Positions 38,066-51,638 are shown, counted from the first letter of the stretch. The stretch is DNA of 64,000 nt from Stegostoma tigrinum (GCF_030684315.1 NC_081354.1:72367222-72431221), one strand, 5' to 3'. The notes: a model not told the origin generated them from the sequence alone. Translations and numbers: made by a program.

Positions 38066-41000
38066 TAGGTTCATCCTGATTAAAATGTTTCAGCTTTAAG
38101 TAAAACCAGGCATTTGCTGCCCATTCTACAAACCTCGCACCTCAAATTTGACAATTAATGCACAGAGCATAGTTTTCTCTCCCTGGAAGTGGAGAGAGAA
38201 TTGGTGACAAGGAGAAAGTAACTAGAATTTACTGGCAATTTTTTTTTCATCAGCAGCAAGACATCAGTTGAAAACTAAACTAAATGGGAATGGAAAGCCT
38301 ATTTTTCCAAGCTATTGGTGTAACTTTGGTGGAAGCATCTCTTTTTTTGGTTTCTGAGATATGAACATTGCTGGATAGGCCAACATTTTTCATCCCCCTA
38401 ATTGCCCTTAAGGTGTGTTAACAATTGAGTGCTTTGCAATAAAATGCTATTTCAGAGATTAGCTAAGAGTCAACCTTCATGCTGTAACACTGGAGTTGCA
38501 TGTAAACTCAGAGCAGGTAAAGCTGGCAGAGTTCTTTGTGAATCAATGAACTTTTATGACAATTCAGTAACTTCATTGCCACCATTACTGACATTTGTTG
38601 TTGATTCTGGAATTAATAAAGTAACCAAATTCAAACTTGATGATGAAACTTGGCTTGGTTTGTTTTACTTTGTTCCTTTCTTTTGTGTAAAGCAAAACCA
38701 CATCTGCAGCCAGGTATGCTTATGCTCTAGCAAAAAAAAACTACTATGTTAAGTAAAACAAACACAATATGGTCACTCAAGCCAGATTTCATTCTGGGAT
38801 CTGATTTGTCCATCAGCTGAGGTCATAACAAAGGTAGCCCCTCGACATCACTAAACTTACATTGACCCGCTAATATCCTGCACTTTAATTCTGTCCTGTG
38901 TATCCCTAATATTTGCTGATCTACCATTGCCAACTGTATATTCAGCTGCATAGGCCATACATATCGGAATTCCCTACTTAAGATCTCTTCATCTGCCTTT
39001 TAACTATTCCTTTAATCCCAACTCTTTATCAATGTTGGGCACTGCCCCTCGCTTCCTTTTGTCTCGTGGTGTCAAATTTTGTTTGAAAGCAGTTCTAGGA
39101 ACTGCCTTGGGTTCTTTACTGTGTTAAAGGCATTGTGTAGAGCAAAATTATTGGTGTTATGGGCGAAATGTTGCAAAAGAAGTCTTATCTGCTGAGAATC
39201 TAGCACATTTTTCAAAGAGGCAGCACAAATATGATGGGCTGAATGGTCAATTTCTAGGATGTATGATTCTATAATTAGTTTTACTCTTCAGATAAGATCT
39301 GGTTAGCAGTATTGACGTATATTATCTGTGGATAGGTTTTGCACAAGTTTGAATCGTTGATAAATCATCAACCATTTGTGCACTAAACCTGTGTCTTGAG
39401 GACAGAACTAACCTCAAGCCCATAATGATAGACTGTCTCTTACAATAGTTTCCTCGTTCTTCGATGTCTGTTTATTTTTGGATTCTTGATGAAAGCTTTT
39501 ATTTACCCGTGTTGAAATTGTGGAAGAAAGACATCAGATTTCACTGGGATCAAGAAGGTTGAAGGCTTGGGTTATTTTCATTGGAAGTTTGGATAGCTTC
39601 CATCACTACTTCTCGGTTGATCTTGACTGCATGACACATGAGTTTGCATTGTCTCCCATTAAACCCTGTGACTAATTTTAATATAAAATGTGAGACACTG
39701 ACAGCAAATTGGTGCTCAATTTACATTCCACCTGGTCTGAATTTTTGCTGACTGTAATGGAAAGTAAAATTGAGTAAGATGTAAAATGGGGGCTGTTCAA
39801 AATCCGCTAGATTTTCTATCAAGTAGGTTAGGCTATAAGTATTCTCCATCATTCTGTCTTGCTTTACCAGTTCCCTATGTTTGACTTCAAGATACTTGCC
39901 ATTGTAGTCAAAACCCTCACTTCAAATAATATAAGCAGTTTCCTATAGCAGAACATACTTGCAGCAGCCTTTTCTCTTCAGATATAAAACTGCTTATTTT
40001 CTGTTGATTCCTTCTGTACTATTGGAGAGCAATCCTTCAGATGTGAAATGCCTGAATTCTCTTTTAGTTAACATCACTTTGACATCTCCTATTAGGCCTC
40101 CTGAAAAAGATTTGTTCCCTTTGACTGAGTCTTCAATTTCCATGTAGCCTCACTCCACACTTTTATTCTACTCCCATCTGGCATCCTCTATTCTGCATGT
40201 TTTTCTTAATAAATCATTTTTTATGAGGAGGGCTATTGAAATGCATGTTTTTTTTTTGGTGGGGGCACCCTTCAATGATGTCCGAATAATTGTACCTTGG
40301 TTGAGGTAATCTGTGCAATGATTAATGTACCAGCTTTGTTCTTTCAGTTTCCATGTTGCTGTTGCTCCTAGCATTAACCATTGCATCCAAGCTGTGTGCT
40401 AGAATGTGGTTTTCAGTTCACGATATGGAATGAAGCAATACTTTCTTGTTAATATTCATGCCACACCTCCACTCTCAGTCAAACATCATGCCTTTACAAG
40501 GTTTTTACAGCAACCAACTGTTTAGATTGAGAGCCAATTCCAGATTAAAAACAATGGCTCTTCACTCACATTACCAGTCTTCCCCACCTTTTTATTTCAC
40601 AAATGGAGGGAGGTCCACATTCCTAAGAGTAGATTCTGACTAGGGCTTCTTCAGAAATGAGGAGCTGACATTCCATTCTGACAGTGCTTTCTCAGTGCAG
40701 AATTGTCAAGGGAAGGCAGATCATTCCCCTTTTCACAGCTGGCAGTCACCATTTTCTGAAATTTAGAAAGGTCTGGCTGCTGTAAGAGAAGTGTGAGATT
40801 AGGGTGCTAGGAAGGTAGAATAGCAGTTGGTTAGGGTGTCACGTCGGTTAGGTGTTAGCTAGATGGGATGTCAGCCCTCAGGGTAAAGTTACAAATAAGT
40901 AGGATGCCAAGATTCCAGCGAGGTTGTCAGGTGTGATGGTACCAGTGTACTGGGGGTTTTGAGATGGGTAGTGCATAGAGTGAGTAGTATGTCAGAATGG

Positions 41001-44000
41001 TAGGGAGTAGGCTGATTGTAATTAGGATGCCAGTTGTGTGCAAGTATTGGTTGCCAGGTGCAAGGTTGCAATGGGGCCAGGTAAGTGATAATGTTTAGAC
41101 TAGGTCAAAGTTAGTGGAAGAATTCAGGCCCAGCGGACCACAACAGGATGGTAGTTATCATATCCCAGTTTGGGGAATTGGGTGCAAAACGAGGCAAGTA
41201 GAGAGCATGTCCAGCAGTGGGAAAAGTGGATCATGTGCAGAGTGGGGCGGATGGTGGTGATGGGGCAACTTGGGGAACCTGACCAGCACTGGTGGAAGGA
41301 AGCTCAAGTGTGGAGCTGAGGGTGGTGAATCAAGATCTGGCAGAGGTATAGTCGTGGGAGTGCAAAGTAAGCTAGAATTAGTTGAATTATTACTTAGAAA
41401 CTAAATATGTCTGTTGAGAGGTATCATGATACATCTCTGGAACAGGTTGGACTTGAGCCTGGGCCTTCTCACATTCAAGGAAGGATGTTGTTTTCTAGAG
41501 TAACACAAGAGTCTCCTTAAACTTAGAAGTTTAAATATTTATTTAATAGTTTAATTTTTCTTGAGTAGCTATTTACTAGGTTTCATAAGAACCCTCCAAT
41601 TTAAATGTACATTTTTAAAGTGTTACAGGACTGGAGAAGTTGCTTAGCAGAATCTTAAAGTTTTCAACAATCCCCATAGCATCTGCTGTGATAGGGATTC
41701 CACAGGAGCCTCATGTGCAATTCCTACCTATGCTGAAATAACAACTATCAGGTTATTGGAAGATCAGAGCTATTGCTTTTAACTGTTCTGACATCCCTAG
41801 CTCTGCCCATCTTTTTGTAAAATTGAAAGTTGGAAGAAATTTTTCTGATTTTTTTTCGAGTTCTCTCTACTACTAACAGCAAAGCTGCAACCATTTGTAT
41901 ATCACAGACGTTAAACATAATTGGTCAAAAGGCCACTGTGTATAGAGTAATTACAACAAGAAACTGTCAGTGTTACAATATTGGTATAAACTACCACTAT
42001 ATGTTCCAGTGTAAATACTCACTGGCATGAAATGAAAGTTGATATCATTCCAACCTTTCCGTCTATGACTGCCATAACTACAGAAAGGTCATTGAAATTT
42101 ATGTACATTTGTGAATATTTACATTTTTCTGTCAACAATGTATGCATCATAAAGTTTAAGGTTTGCAAGTGGTGTGAATAAGCTTTTTTTATACTATTTT
42201 CACTGTAATTGGAAACAGTTGAGATCTTACTTGGATTGATTCTGGAGTTAACAAAATGTGGTGATGTATAGAAAACTAGGTGGGTTTGGTGTCACACTGA
42301 AACCCAGCTATTTAAATAACAAAAGGTTATCCACAGAAACTAAATATTGCAGCTCTGATTAGCTTGAGTGTCAAACTTGCATGACCTTTCTGGAGACAAA
42401 TCCAGACTGATACCTTGACTGTTTTACCTTGCCTCATCTGCACCTTGCTAGATAATCTGCCACTTGCTTTCCTCAGAAGTCAGACGTAGCTGGTTTTCAG
42501 CATGTGGGGGCAGTGGGGTTGCAGAGAGAAGGATATTGGGAGGCAGAAGGTTAATAGTGGGGATAGGCTCGAACAATTCAATCATGTGTGGTGGGGGGAA
42601 GGGAGTGCGGGAACTGGGAGACCTAGTATTTACTTATGGGACCTGAAAGAATAGTCCAACTCCTCCCAGCTATTAGTAAACAAAAATAATGATACATTGT
42701 CAAACCAATTCTTGGTAAGCTCCTCTTGATATCATGTTTCCCTGGCACAGCAAGACATCTTGCTGAACAATAAAACTATTTTCGGGTCCTATTTATTTCA
42801 CAGGTCTTTGGTCTGGATTTTTTCTCCCACTGCATCAGATGAGTTAGAAAATTTGGAAAGATGTAAGGAAACACAGAATTTATGATCTCTGTCTGCCCAG
42901 CATACCCATAATGTCACCGAACTTTTCCGTGCTGGAAATCATCCTGATTGACTGGTTTAGATTCCAGTTGGAAGAGAAAGAGTGTAGAACAGGTTAAGCT
43001 TACACTCCTGGGTTGGGGAGGGCATGGTGATGTGGGGAGTGCTATTCAGGGAAATGCCTCCCATCTAGTGGGGCAGAGGAAATGTCGGTAGGTGGGCAAG
43101 GAAGTGTATGACTATCACAAAGTGGGGGGCTTGTAATGTCAAATCTTCAGGGTAGTGGTTAATCACAGGTTTCATGATTAACTGAGACCATGGATAAGGA
43201 GAGCCTGGAAGGCATCATAAAGAAGGCAGAGAGCAGTTAGTAAGAATGGTGTGTGGGCCGGGGGTAGGAAATGGGTAGTGATGGCAGGATTATTCATGCA
43301 AACAGTTCAGGATGTAATTGAAGAGGCGCTCATCTCCTTGATACAGATCCTCACTTTGGCTGAGCCGCTTGGATTTCTGAGGCTCAGGAATTTCAAATGA
43401 GAAATAATAAGAAAGTTTACAATGGATTAACCTTATACATTCTTGCCTTATCACTACATTCTAAATCTTTCTCACTTCAAGTTATTTCATGAATATAATT
43501 ATGTCACTCACTCCAATAGCCTTCCTGTTAGCTCTGTTTCAAAATTCAGTTGCTCCATTAAAGCTGGAGGTGAATAGTTTTGGCAGGAGATTGAGATTGG
43601 TTTCTGGTGTTTAGTGCAGTTACCTCCAATCTAACGCAAATCCACAACTTTTTGAAGTTAAAATTATCGCTTCGATTTTTGCAGATTTGTGAAGCCCTTA
43701 TAGGGCTTTTGGATTTCCATTATATTGTGCACTTGATTGTCCCTGGTTTACAGCATCCGCAGTTCTTTCAGTTTTTACTTGATTGAACAGTTTGAAATAG
43801 CCATTTGTAAGTAGTGAGATCCCTTGAGTTTGAGCTGTGAGTAAATTCAGTCACATTTTAAAGTATTTCTTGCAGTATTTGTAGAGGAAAAGAAATAATC
43901 GTAGCCATATACCAAAACATGAGATCTTGAGCGGCTTTGACAAGATGCAGGTTGAGAGGATATTTCTTCTGTAGGAGGGGAGAATCTGGAACTTAGAATT

Positions 44001-44235
44001 AATGTTTAAAATTAAGCACTGCTCACTCATGAAAAATGAGGAGAAACCTTTTCTCACTGGTAGTCTGAAACTCTTACCCAAAAGGCAGTGGAAGCTGAGT
44101 CTTTGAATATCTTCAGTGGAGAGATGAAGATTCTTGATGACAAGATGGTGAAAGGTTGAGTTTACACAGGAATATGGAGTAATCAGATCAGTGGTGATCT
44201 CACTGAATGGTAAAGCAGACTCAAAAATCTGAGTG

Positions 44236-44461
44236 ATAATTGGAACTGCAGATGCTGGAGAATCCAAGATAATAAAATGTGAGGCTGGATGAACACAGCA
44301 GGCCCAGCAGCATCTCAGGAGCACAAAAGCTGACGTTTCGGGCCCAGACCCTTCATCAGAGAGCTCTGTGATGAAGGGTCTAGGCCCGAAATGTCAGCTT
44401 TTGTGCTCCTGAGATGCTGCTGGGCCTGCTGTGTTCATCCAGCTTCACAGTTTATTATCTT
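44236..44461. mobile_element. PLE-derived non-coding mini-hairpin (226 bp) with two back-to-back HHR motifs
   Basis: Near-perfect palindrome centred on agagctct (44360-44367), arms equal the 3' end of insertions 2/4. 13-bp TSD aaaaatctgagtg at 44223-44235 and 44462-44474. Confidence 0.95.
44332..44359 (-). ncRNA. Minimal HHR motif, intact
   Basis: RC CUGAUGAAGGGUCUGGGCCCGAAACGUC. Confidence 0.85.
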
Positions 44462-47143
44462 AAAAATCTGAGTGGCTTTCTTTTGAGGTGCGGTAAAAAA
44501 ATTCTGTGATATGGCTGAGTTAATTTGGAATTCTCCAATTTACAAGAAGATAGTAGAGGTGGGGTCATTGAATATTTTTGAGAGGAGGTAAATTGATTAT
44601 GACTGTAAGACATAGAAGTAGGCCATAAATGAGATCACGGCTAGTCTGATAATCCTCAAATCAACTTTTCTGCTTTATCCCCATTACCTTTGATTTCTTT
44701 GCTGAGTAAAAAAATCTGTCTATCTCAGCCTTGAATATGCTTGTAAGACCATAAGCTGCAAGAGCAGAATTATGCCAATTGGTCCATAAATAAAACTGAT
44801 AAATGTCTCCTGCTGATATCTAGGACTAAACTAGAGACAGTTAAATCTTCATCCAGTTGAGCTATTTTGGTTAACAATTGTTATCCAACAAAAATCTAAA
44901 GTTATTGTGAGTAGATGGGAATGTGGAGTTTTAAATACAAATGGATCAACCATAATTTAATTGAATGGCAGGACAGCCTTGAGGGGCTGAATGGCTCATT
45001 TCTGCTCCTAATTCATTGTTCAAATATGTGGTTCATATGTCCTGGTCCTAAATTGTATATTTGGAATTTGTACGAAGAAAACCCTTGAAGACAAGCTTAA
45101 GTAAAACCAATACCTTCAGTGTGAGGATTTTATGTTTCTCTTGCTCTGCTGAACTCATGTTTACAAGCCTAGCCTATCCAACATTTCCTCAAAATAATAT
45201 CTGCCCATTCCAGGTATTAATCTGATAAATCATCTCTGAACTACTTTCAATGCATTTACATCATTCCTTAAGTGAGGAGACCAATATTGTACAGACTACA
45301 TTGGATGCGGCCTCACCAATGCCTTGTATAATTGAAGCAGAGTCTCTTTACATTTATATTCAACTTCCTTTTTCAATAGAGGATAACAATCCATTAGCTT
45401 TCCTAATTTCTTGCTGTGTCTGCCTGCTAACCTTTGGTGATAGATTAAACAGCGCATCCAGGTCTCTCTGTACCTCCAGAGGTCTATAGTTACTCACCTT
45501 TTAGATAATATGCTTCTTTTGTATTCTTCTTGCCAAAATGAACAATTTCATACTTTTCTATGTTGTATTTGATTTGTCAGATATTTGACTACTCACTTAA
45601 CATCAGCTTGAAAACGGACACATTTTATCACTGATTGTTCATCTTGTACTCATCAAAACAGTTCACACGAGCACCAGTTCAAGTGGAGAATGTTGATTGG
45701 TTGGCAAGTGACTGATAGAGGTGCCGTCATGGCAAATGCATTCATTCATGATGATTTACATTTAACTGTCAGGCTTTATTAAAAGTAAAAAAGGAATGTT
45801 GACTCTGATTGGTCTGGGATTTGCCCTGAGAAATGAAGCAACAAATAGCTTTTATCTAATTTATTCTTTGTTTGTAGTAGTTGTGGCATTGGTGACTTTT
45901 GAATTGTTGGGATGAATGTAAAATGGAATGTGTCTTGTAGCAATACTGAGATAGGGTACTATCAAATGACTATTTCCATCCATGACCCTTTATAGCCTCT
46001 TTATATCCTCTTCTCAGCCTATCTTCATGCCATCAGCAAATTTTGGAACCATAGGCCCTTGTTGCATAATTTAAGTCATTTATATAAACTGTAAGACCAA
46101 TAAATCAACCAGTTTCCCCTTTACCTACAGCACAATTTACTTCTTGAAACCAGTTGATTAGATTGGTTAAACATGATTTCCCCTTTACAAAACCCTTAGT
46201 TAATTCTACATGATGATCCTGAACCAGTTATAACCCTGCTAAAACCTCTCTAATAACAATTTCCAACTGCAGTCCTATGATAAATGTTCAGTGAATTGGC
46301 CTGAAGTTTCCGGGTTTCTGACTCCCTTCGTTTTTAAAGAAAGGAGTTATACTTACTGTTTAAAAGTCTATTGGTAGTTTCAAGGAATCTAGGGAATTGT
46401 GGATAAATAAACTCAATATATCAACTTCGTCACTTGTTGTTTCTTTTAAGACTGCAATGAAGTCAATCAGGACCTGAGGACTTGTCAGCCCACTGCTTCA
46501 GTGATCTGCTCATTACTAGGTTCCTGGTGATTGCAAATTTCCTGAGTTACTTGCTGCCTTTTATTTCCTGATGTATTAGCTATTTTTGCAATGTTGCTCG
46601 CAACCTCCATAGTAAGGACTAATGCAAAATACCTGTTCAATTCATCTGTCATCAACTTATTTCCAATATTAAGTCTCCAGACTCACTTCCTATTGGATCA
46701 ATGTTTACATTGTTAGCTGCTCTCTTTTAAATATCTCTCGAGACTTTTTTCCATTTGATTTTACATTTCTAGCTTGCTTTATTAATCTTTAATACATTTT
46801 AAATATTCTGTCCAATCTTATGACCTATACTTCATCTTTGCGTAAACATATTATTTTTCTTTAAATTTCATACTACATTTAACTTTTTTGGTTAAACATA
46901 AATGGTAGGTCCTCCACTTCAAATGTTTCTTTCTCACAGAAATGTATTTATTCTGTGTATTCTGAAATACCCCCCTTATTTGTCTGCCATTGCATCTCTT
47001 CTGACATTTCCGACTTGCCAGTTTTGCCAGATTGCCAGTTTGCTTCAGCTAGCTCTGATTTCATACTCTAATAGTTGCCTTAATTTAAATTTAAAATATG
47101 AATCTTGGACCTACTCTTCTCCCACCAAAGCTGAATATATAAT

Positions 47144-47321
47144 TCAGAGATAATAGGAACTGCAGATGCTGGAGAATCCGAGATAACAAGGTGCAGAGCT
47201 GGATAAACACAGCAGGTCAAGCAGCATCATAGGAGCAGGACGGCTAACGTTTCGGGCCTAGACCCTTCATCAGAAAACAGCTTGGCCTGCTGTGTTCATG
47301 CAGCTCTAAACTTTGTTATCT
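47144..47321 (-). mobile_element. PLE-derived asymmetric mini-hairpin, older subfamily, inserted in a CR1 relic
   Basis: Long arm 47144-47276 with intact HHR core, short inverted arm ~47280-47321. TSD ctgaatatataattca 47131-47146 vs ctgaatgtgtaattca 47320-47335 (2 mismatches). Confidence 0.92.
47246..47273 (-). ncRNA. Minimal HHR motif, intact core (GUU triplet)
   Basis: RC CUGAUGAAGGGUCUAGGCCCGAAACGUU. Confidence 0.8.
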
Positions 47322-47754
47322 GAATGTGTAATTCAATTATATTCTGGTTGTTGCTGGACGTCTTCACAGTTATGTTATTAATAAATCCTGTCTCATTACA
47401 TAACACCAAGCCCAGAGCAGCTTGCTCTTTGGTTAGCGACTGAACATGCTGTTGTGAGAAATTGTCCCAAAATGAACTCCTCACCCAGGCTACCTTTGCC
47501 CGTGTGTTTTTTCCAATCAGTATGTAGGCTAAAATCTCCTACGAATATTGCCGTACCTAGCTGACAAGTTTCCATTATTTCTTCTGCATTCATACCAATT
47601 TCTCACAAATTTTGTACTTTTGAATTCCACGTGTTCCCATGTTTGCCTGTTGTTGACAAACATATTCTTTTGCTGTCAATGTAAAATTATGTTTACCAGC
47701 ATGCTTTAAAACGTGCGTTTAAAAAAAGTCATTTACATAATTTTCTCCTTGCAG

Positions 47755-47845
47755 GATACTAGCAAGTGCAGGAAAAGACCTGAAAGATAATTTCCTGATA
47801 GCACTGGCAGAGCGAGAGGAAGCCAACCGCAGTGGGAGAATGGCT
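47755..47845 (+). CDS. CFAP299: Internal coding exon (91 bp) of cilia- and flagella-associated protein 299 (C4orf22 orthologue)
   Basis: Acceptor ttttctccttgcag and donor gtgagt. After 1 nt completing a split codon it reads [30 protein letters not shown], closely matching the CFAP299 segment I recall (TLTSAGKDLQDNFLTALAMREEDNRSGKLS). No neighbouring exons recognised in the window. Confidence 0.92.
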
Positions 47846-50800
47846 GTGAGTGCACAATTAAGTGTCTAAGTTGTATGTAAATTATTTTTATATTGGAGGA
47901 AAGCGCACAAGGATTGAGCTGTAACCTTAACATGATTTATATGCATAATATAAGTGCTGTGAAATTAGTCATCAGCAGTGCTGCAAAACAAGCAATAACA
48001 TACCACTGAAAAGAAAATTAGCCAGGGTGTTAACGACTTGTTTCTCATCCACTTTGCAGCAGCATCGATGGACATTTTCACCCTCAGGGTCTTGTCAGAA
48101 AACTAGACCTTCAAGGCTGCTTTAGCTGAAATGTACACTTACACCATTGATTCTATTTAAAATATATATCATCATTTTAGTAGTTTTGCCTGGAGCTTTC
48201 AGGTGTGACCAATGAATATTCCCATAGAGGAATGAATTTCCTTGGGACTTCTTTTGGTCTGCTGGAATAACTTCAGCAGACATTTACAAGGAGTCCTACA
48301 TAACATGCTAAAGTGAGAAAAGCGTCAAGAAAATTCATTCTTGATATTTTTATTTGTGCAGTGTAATATTGTAATGATACTAACAAAGGGATTTAATACA
48401 AATTGTTCAGATATTCCTTTAAATTTGGATTAAAATTATCACATTTTTTATTTACACTTTAACTTTGACCAAAGGAATTTGCAAAAGTACAATGTAAAAT
48501 ATGCTTCATTTTAGGAATTCTAAAGGAAATTTACTGCTATAAGTTAGGCACAATTTATTATTATGTATTTTGTTTAATTTCATTTTTATTGTATTAACTG
48601 CTACAGTTGCACAGATGACCACTCGCCAAGGGTATACTACATACTTGGTCATTCTTACCTATTTGATACAATAGTTACAGTTATGTTTTTCCTATGACAA
48701 TTAGTTTTGCATTCAAAAATATGTAGATTTGTGTCAATTTATAGATGTATATGACTGGACTATGTAGTTTGCATGCTCTGTGGCATATTGGAATAACGAC
48801 GCTAGAAAGATTTAAATTATGGGTTGACCAACAAAAATTCTGGTTGGAAAAACAAACGGCAAAAAACTGATGGTCTTCTTATATCTGGAACTATGGGATT
48901 TGCGATTACTAGATCAAACATAGCCTGGAGAAGCAATTCTGGAACCTGCGGACACACATTTCCCCACTGAATATTGACTGTGTAAACAGTTTCATGCATA
49001 AGCCATTCTAGCTTTAAACTTATGTTATTGAAGTTGGTATAAAAGAACTGGTTACAACTTGTTCCTTTTTAAGACTATTCAAAGAAACCACTGTAGTTGA
49101 CTCAGAAAACAGTGAATTAAGCAGCTTCTAATGTATCTCTTCCTGTGTTTAAAACCTGAGGAAGAAAATATTGTACAGTATATGCCTACAATATTGTGCT
49201 GACACACTTCTTTTTTTTCCTTTACTGTTTTCCAAGTCTTGTGAAGTGTTTCCTTTGATGAAAAAAGGCTGATTGTAAGAATGTTTATTTCGTTTTCAAT
49301 TAACCCAAATTTGCCCCCATTTAATAAACCCACTAGTGGAAAAAGTATGAGTCATGCAGGTAATTTTGACTGAAGGTTTGACAATTCTCATTTTGTGTAA
49401 GCTCTACAAAGTTTATCAAACTATATTTACATGGGCAAAGACTGCACTTCAAGTAGCATTTTGCACTTAACTCTTCGCTGTCAGATCCTTAAAAAATGGG
49501 TGCCTGATGTATATAAAATGAACTCAGTCAGAATATATAATTTTACACCACAATGCTGTTAAATTTCACCTCTCATGGACCTAGAATTTTCTGATTTGTA
49601 CTATTTAAATGCAGGCTTCAGTCTTTTTATAAAAAAGTTAAAATACACACTAAAGTAAAAAATAATCTCGCGTTCACCTTTGATGAAATGTAAAACATCT
49701 TAATTTTTTCACACTACCTAGAAGGTGACTGTCATTTTGTTCTGTGATAGAAAGGATTAATTAAGCAATGTTCTATTTAATGCACTTTTTTGAGTTCCTT
49801 AATTTCTATTGGACAAGTCAGCTAAAATGTCTGGTATCTGGTTTTAAGATTAAATTAAATGAAGTAGAATTTCCATGGAGGTGCATCCATTTATCCTTCG
49901 CAATTTATGTATAGGAGATTATTGGGGCAACCTCCACAGAAATCGTTGGTGCATGCCTGTTATCCCACACTTATAACTCTTTTTTATTTTATGAGTATAT
50001 TATTCCTTCAGATAGTGAGATATGGGTTTAATACAACAATGTTTAAGATAAATTTGTTGACTTATTTTAGTGGAAGTATTGAACAGTGAAGAAACATTCT
50101 TTGCAGGCAAGAGAACTAAAAATAAGAACAAAATAGGTAAGATATTCAGCATACAGCAGGGCATTATGTGTATCACAAAAAAAAGCAAATGGTTGAAAGG
50201 AGGATAAAATTGTCAAAGAGATTCCCCACTCTTCTATTATAACTTTGGTGGAAACCTTGGAGAGAATCTAAAAATGGCTATTTCAGCTTCTTTACCAAAG
50301 TTTCTCTGATTTTTCAACTGAAGCTACTGCAGGCAATCTGGAAAGCCATCTCGGATATTTCTAGTGTAAATATCAAAATTAAAAGCTAAGCCTGTGAGGT
50401 TAAAGATAAAGTTTATTTTAGACAGGGTTTCTGCTGATCATGCAAAAAAGGTCATGGCAGTTGTTCAGGAAAAATTAATGGCAACTGTTATTAACAACTG
50501 AACCTCTTCCTAAATTTGAATAAGCACGTAACGAGAATTAGGTAAAGTTTGTGTTATTTTACACACAAGAAGTGTTTGTTGAAGAATATATCATAGAATT
50601 TTCCAGGGGAGTTCTCCAGTGTCTCACTGAAAGCTCCATGGGAAATTGATGAATGTTCAAGACAAGTATAAACAACTACTTATGCTGTTTCACTGGAATT
50701 TTGCTGATCATCCAAAGAAGTGACGGTGGAAGATCAGGGGAATCCCCTATGAGCCCTTCTCTCACCAAAATTATTAATTTCATTCAGCAAGAAGATTAAA

Positions 50801-51147
50801 CATTTCTGCTGATTATTTTGAAATTGTATCAGCTTTAATGTAATTATCCATTCTTTTAGTTTCTGGCTTTTGATGTTTGCATACACTTGGAGAGCTTTCC
50901 TTAAAAAAATCAATTCGTGAATTTGCATCCAATTTTTTTGAATTATAAGGAAAAGAACTCATTACAAGTGTGTAAACTCAAATGTGTTGTGATAGCCTTC
51001 AGGTTAACTTCTTGCAGATCTCTGCCAATGCCAATTATCTAGCTATACCAGTCTATTACAACTGTTGCATGTAATATTGCAGTTCTGGTGTAATGATTTC
51101 TATTTCCAAGTGCATCCCCTAATGTGAATACAGCTTAAATCCTTACC

Positions 51148-51638
51148 AATAATAAAAACAGGAAGTGCTGGAGAAATTCAGTAGGCTTGGCAACACCTGA
51201 AGAAAGAGAGGCAGAGCACTGTTTCAAGTCTGATATGGCCTTTCTTTGGAACTTCTTCAGTTCCGAAGAAGAGTTATAGAGCTGTACAGCAGAGAAACAG
51301 TCCCTTCAGTCCAACTGGTCCATGCCAGCTAGATATGCTGAATTAATCTATTTGCCAGCATTTGACCCATATCCCTCTAAACCCTTCCTATCCATATAAC
51401 CATCTAGATGCCTTTTCAATGATGTACCAGCCTCCACCACTTTCTCTGGGAGCTCATTCCATATATACACCATCCTCTACATGAAAAAGTTGCCCCTTAG
51501 GTCCCTTTTAAATTTTTCCCCTCTCACACACTGGACTTGAAACATTAACTCTGTTTCTCTCTCCATAGATGCTGCCAGACCTGCTGAGTTTCTCCATTTT
51601 TTTTCAAAGCTCTAGTATCCATAGTACTTTGCTTTTAT
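51148..51638. mobile_element. Older, distinct PLE-like hairpin element interrupted by a CR1 3' fragment (~51276-51527, - strand)
   Basis: Left arm gagaaattcagtaggcttggcaacacctg is the inverted counterpart of right arm gatgctgccagacctgctgagtttctcc. Degenerate HHR ccgaaga..//..ctggacttgaaacatt. TSD ttaaatcctt(a/g)cc at 51135-51147 and 51639-51651. Confidence 0.75.

Larger units (their letters stand above)
35689..38074 (-). mobile_element. PLE insertion 4: young 5'-truncated copy with a tandem array at the truncation point
   Basis: Uninterrupted RT-GIY-YIG frame, intact HHR motif, perfect 14-bp TSD cctgattaaaatgt at 35675-35688 and 38075-38088. Confidence 0.97.
43905..47600. mobile_element. Cluster of decayed CR1 fragments in both orientations, host to two PLE mini-hairpins
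   Basis: CR1 3' ends on + (~43905-44222, ~44850-45020); - strand RT and endonuclease relics (~45160-45600, ~46020-47600: VGDFSLHTDW, LGLVLCNETG). Confidence 0.65.

Noticed and set aside
1400-38074. Many overlapping P/S/T-rich or G/V/E-rich ORFs over the PLE copies
   Set aside because: Shadow frames of C-rich, stop-poor PLE sequence; no independent motifs.
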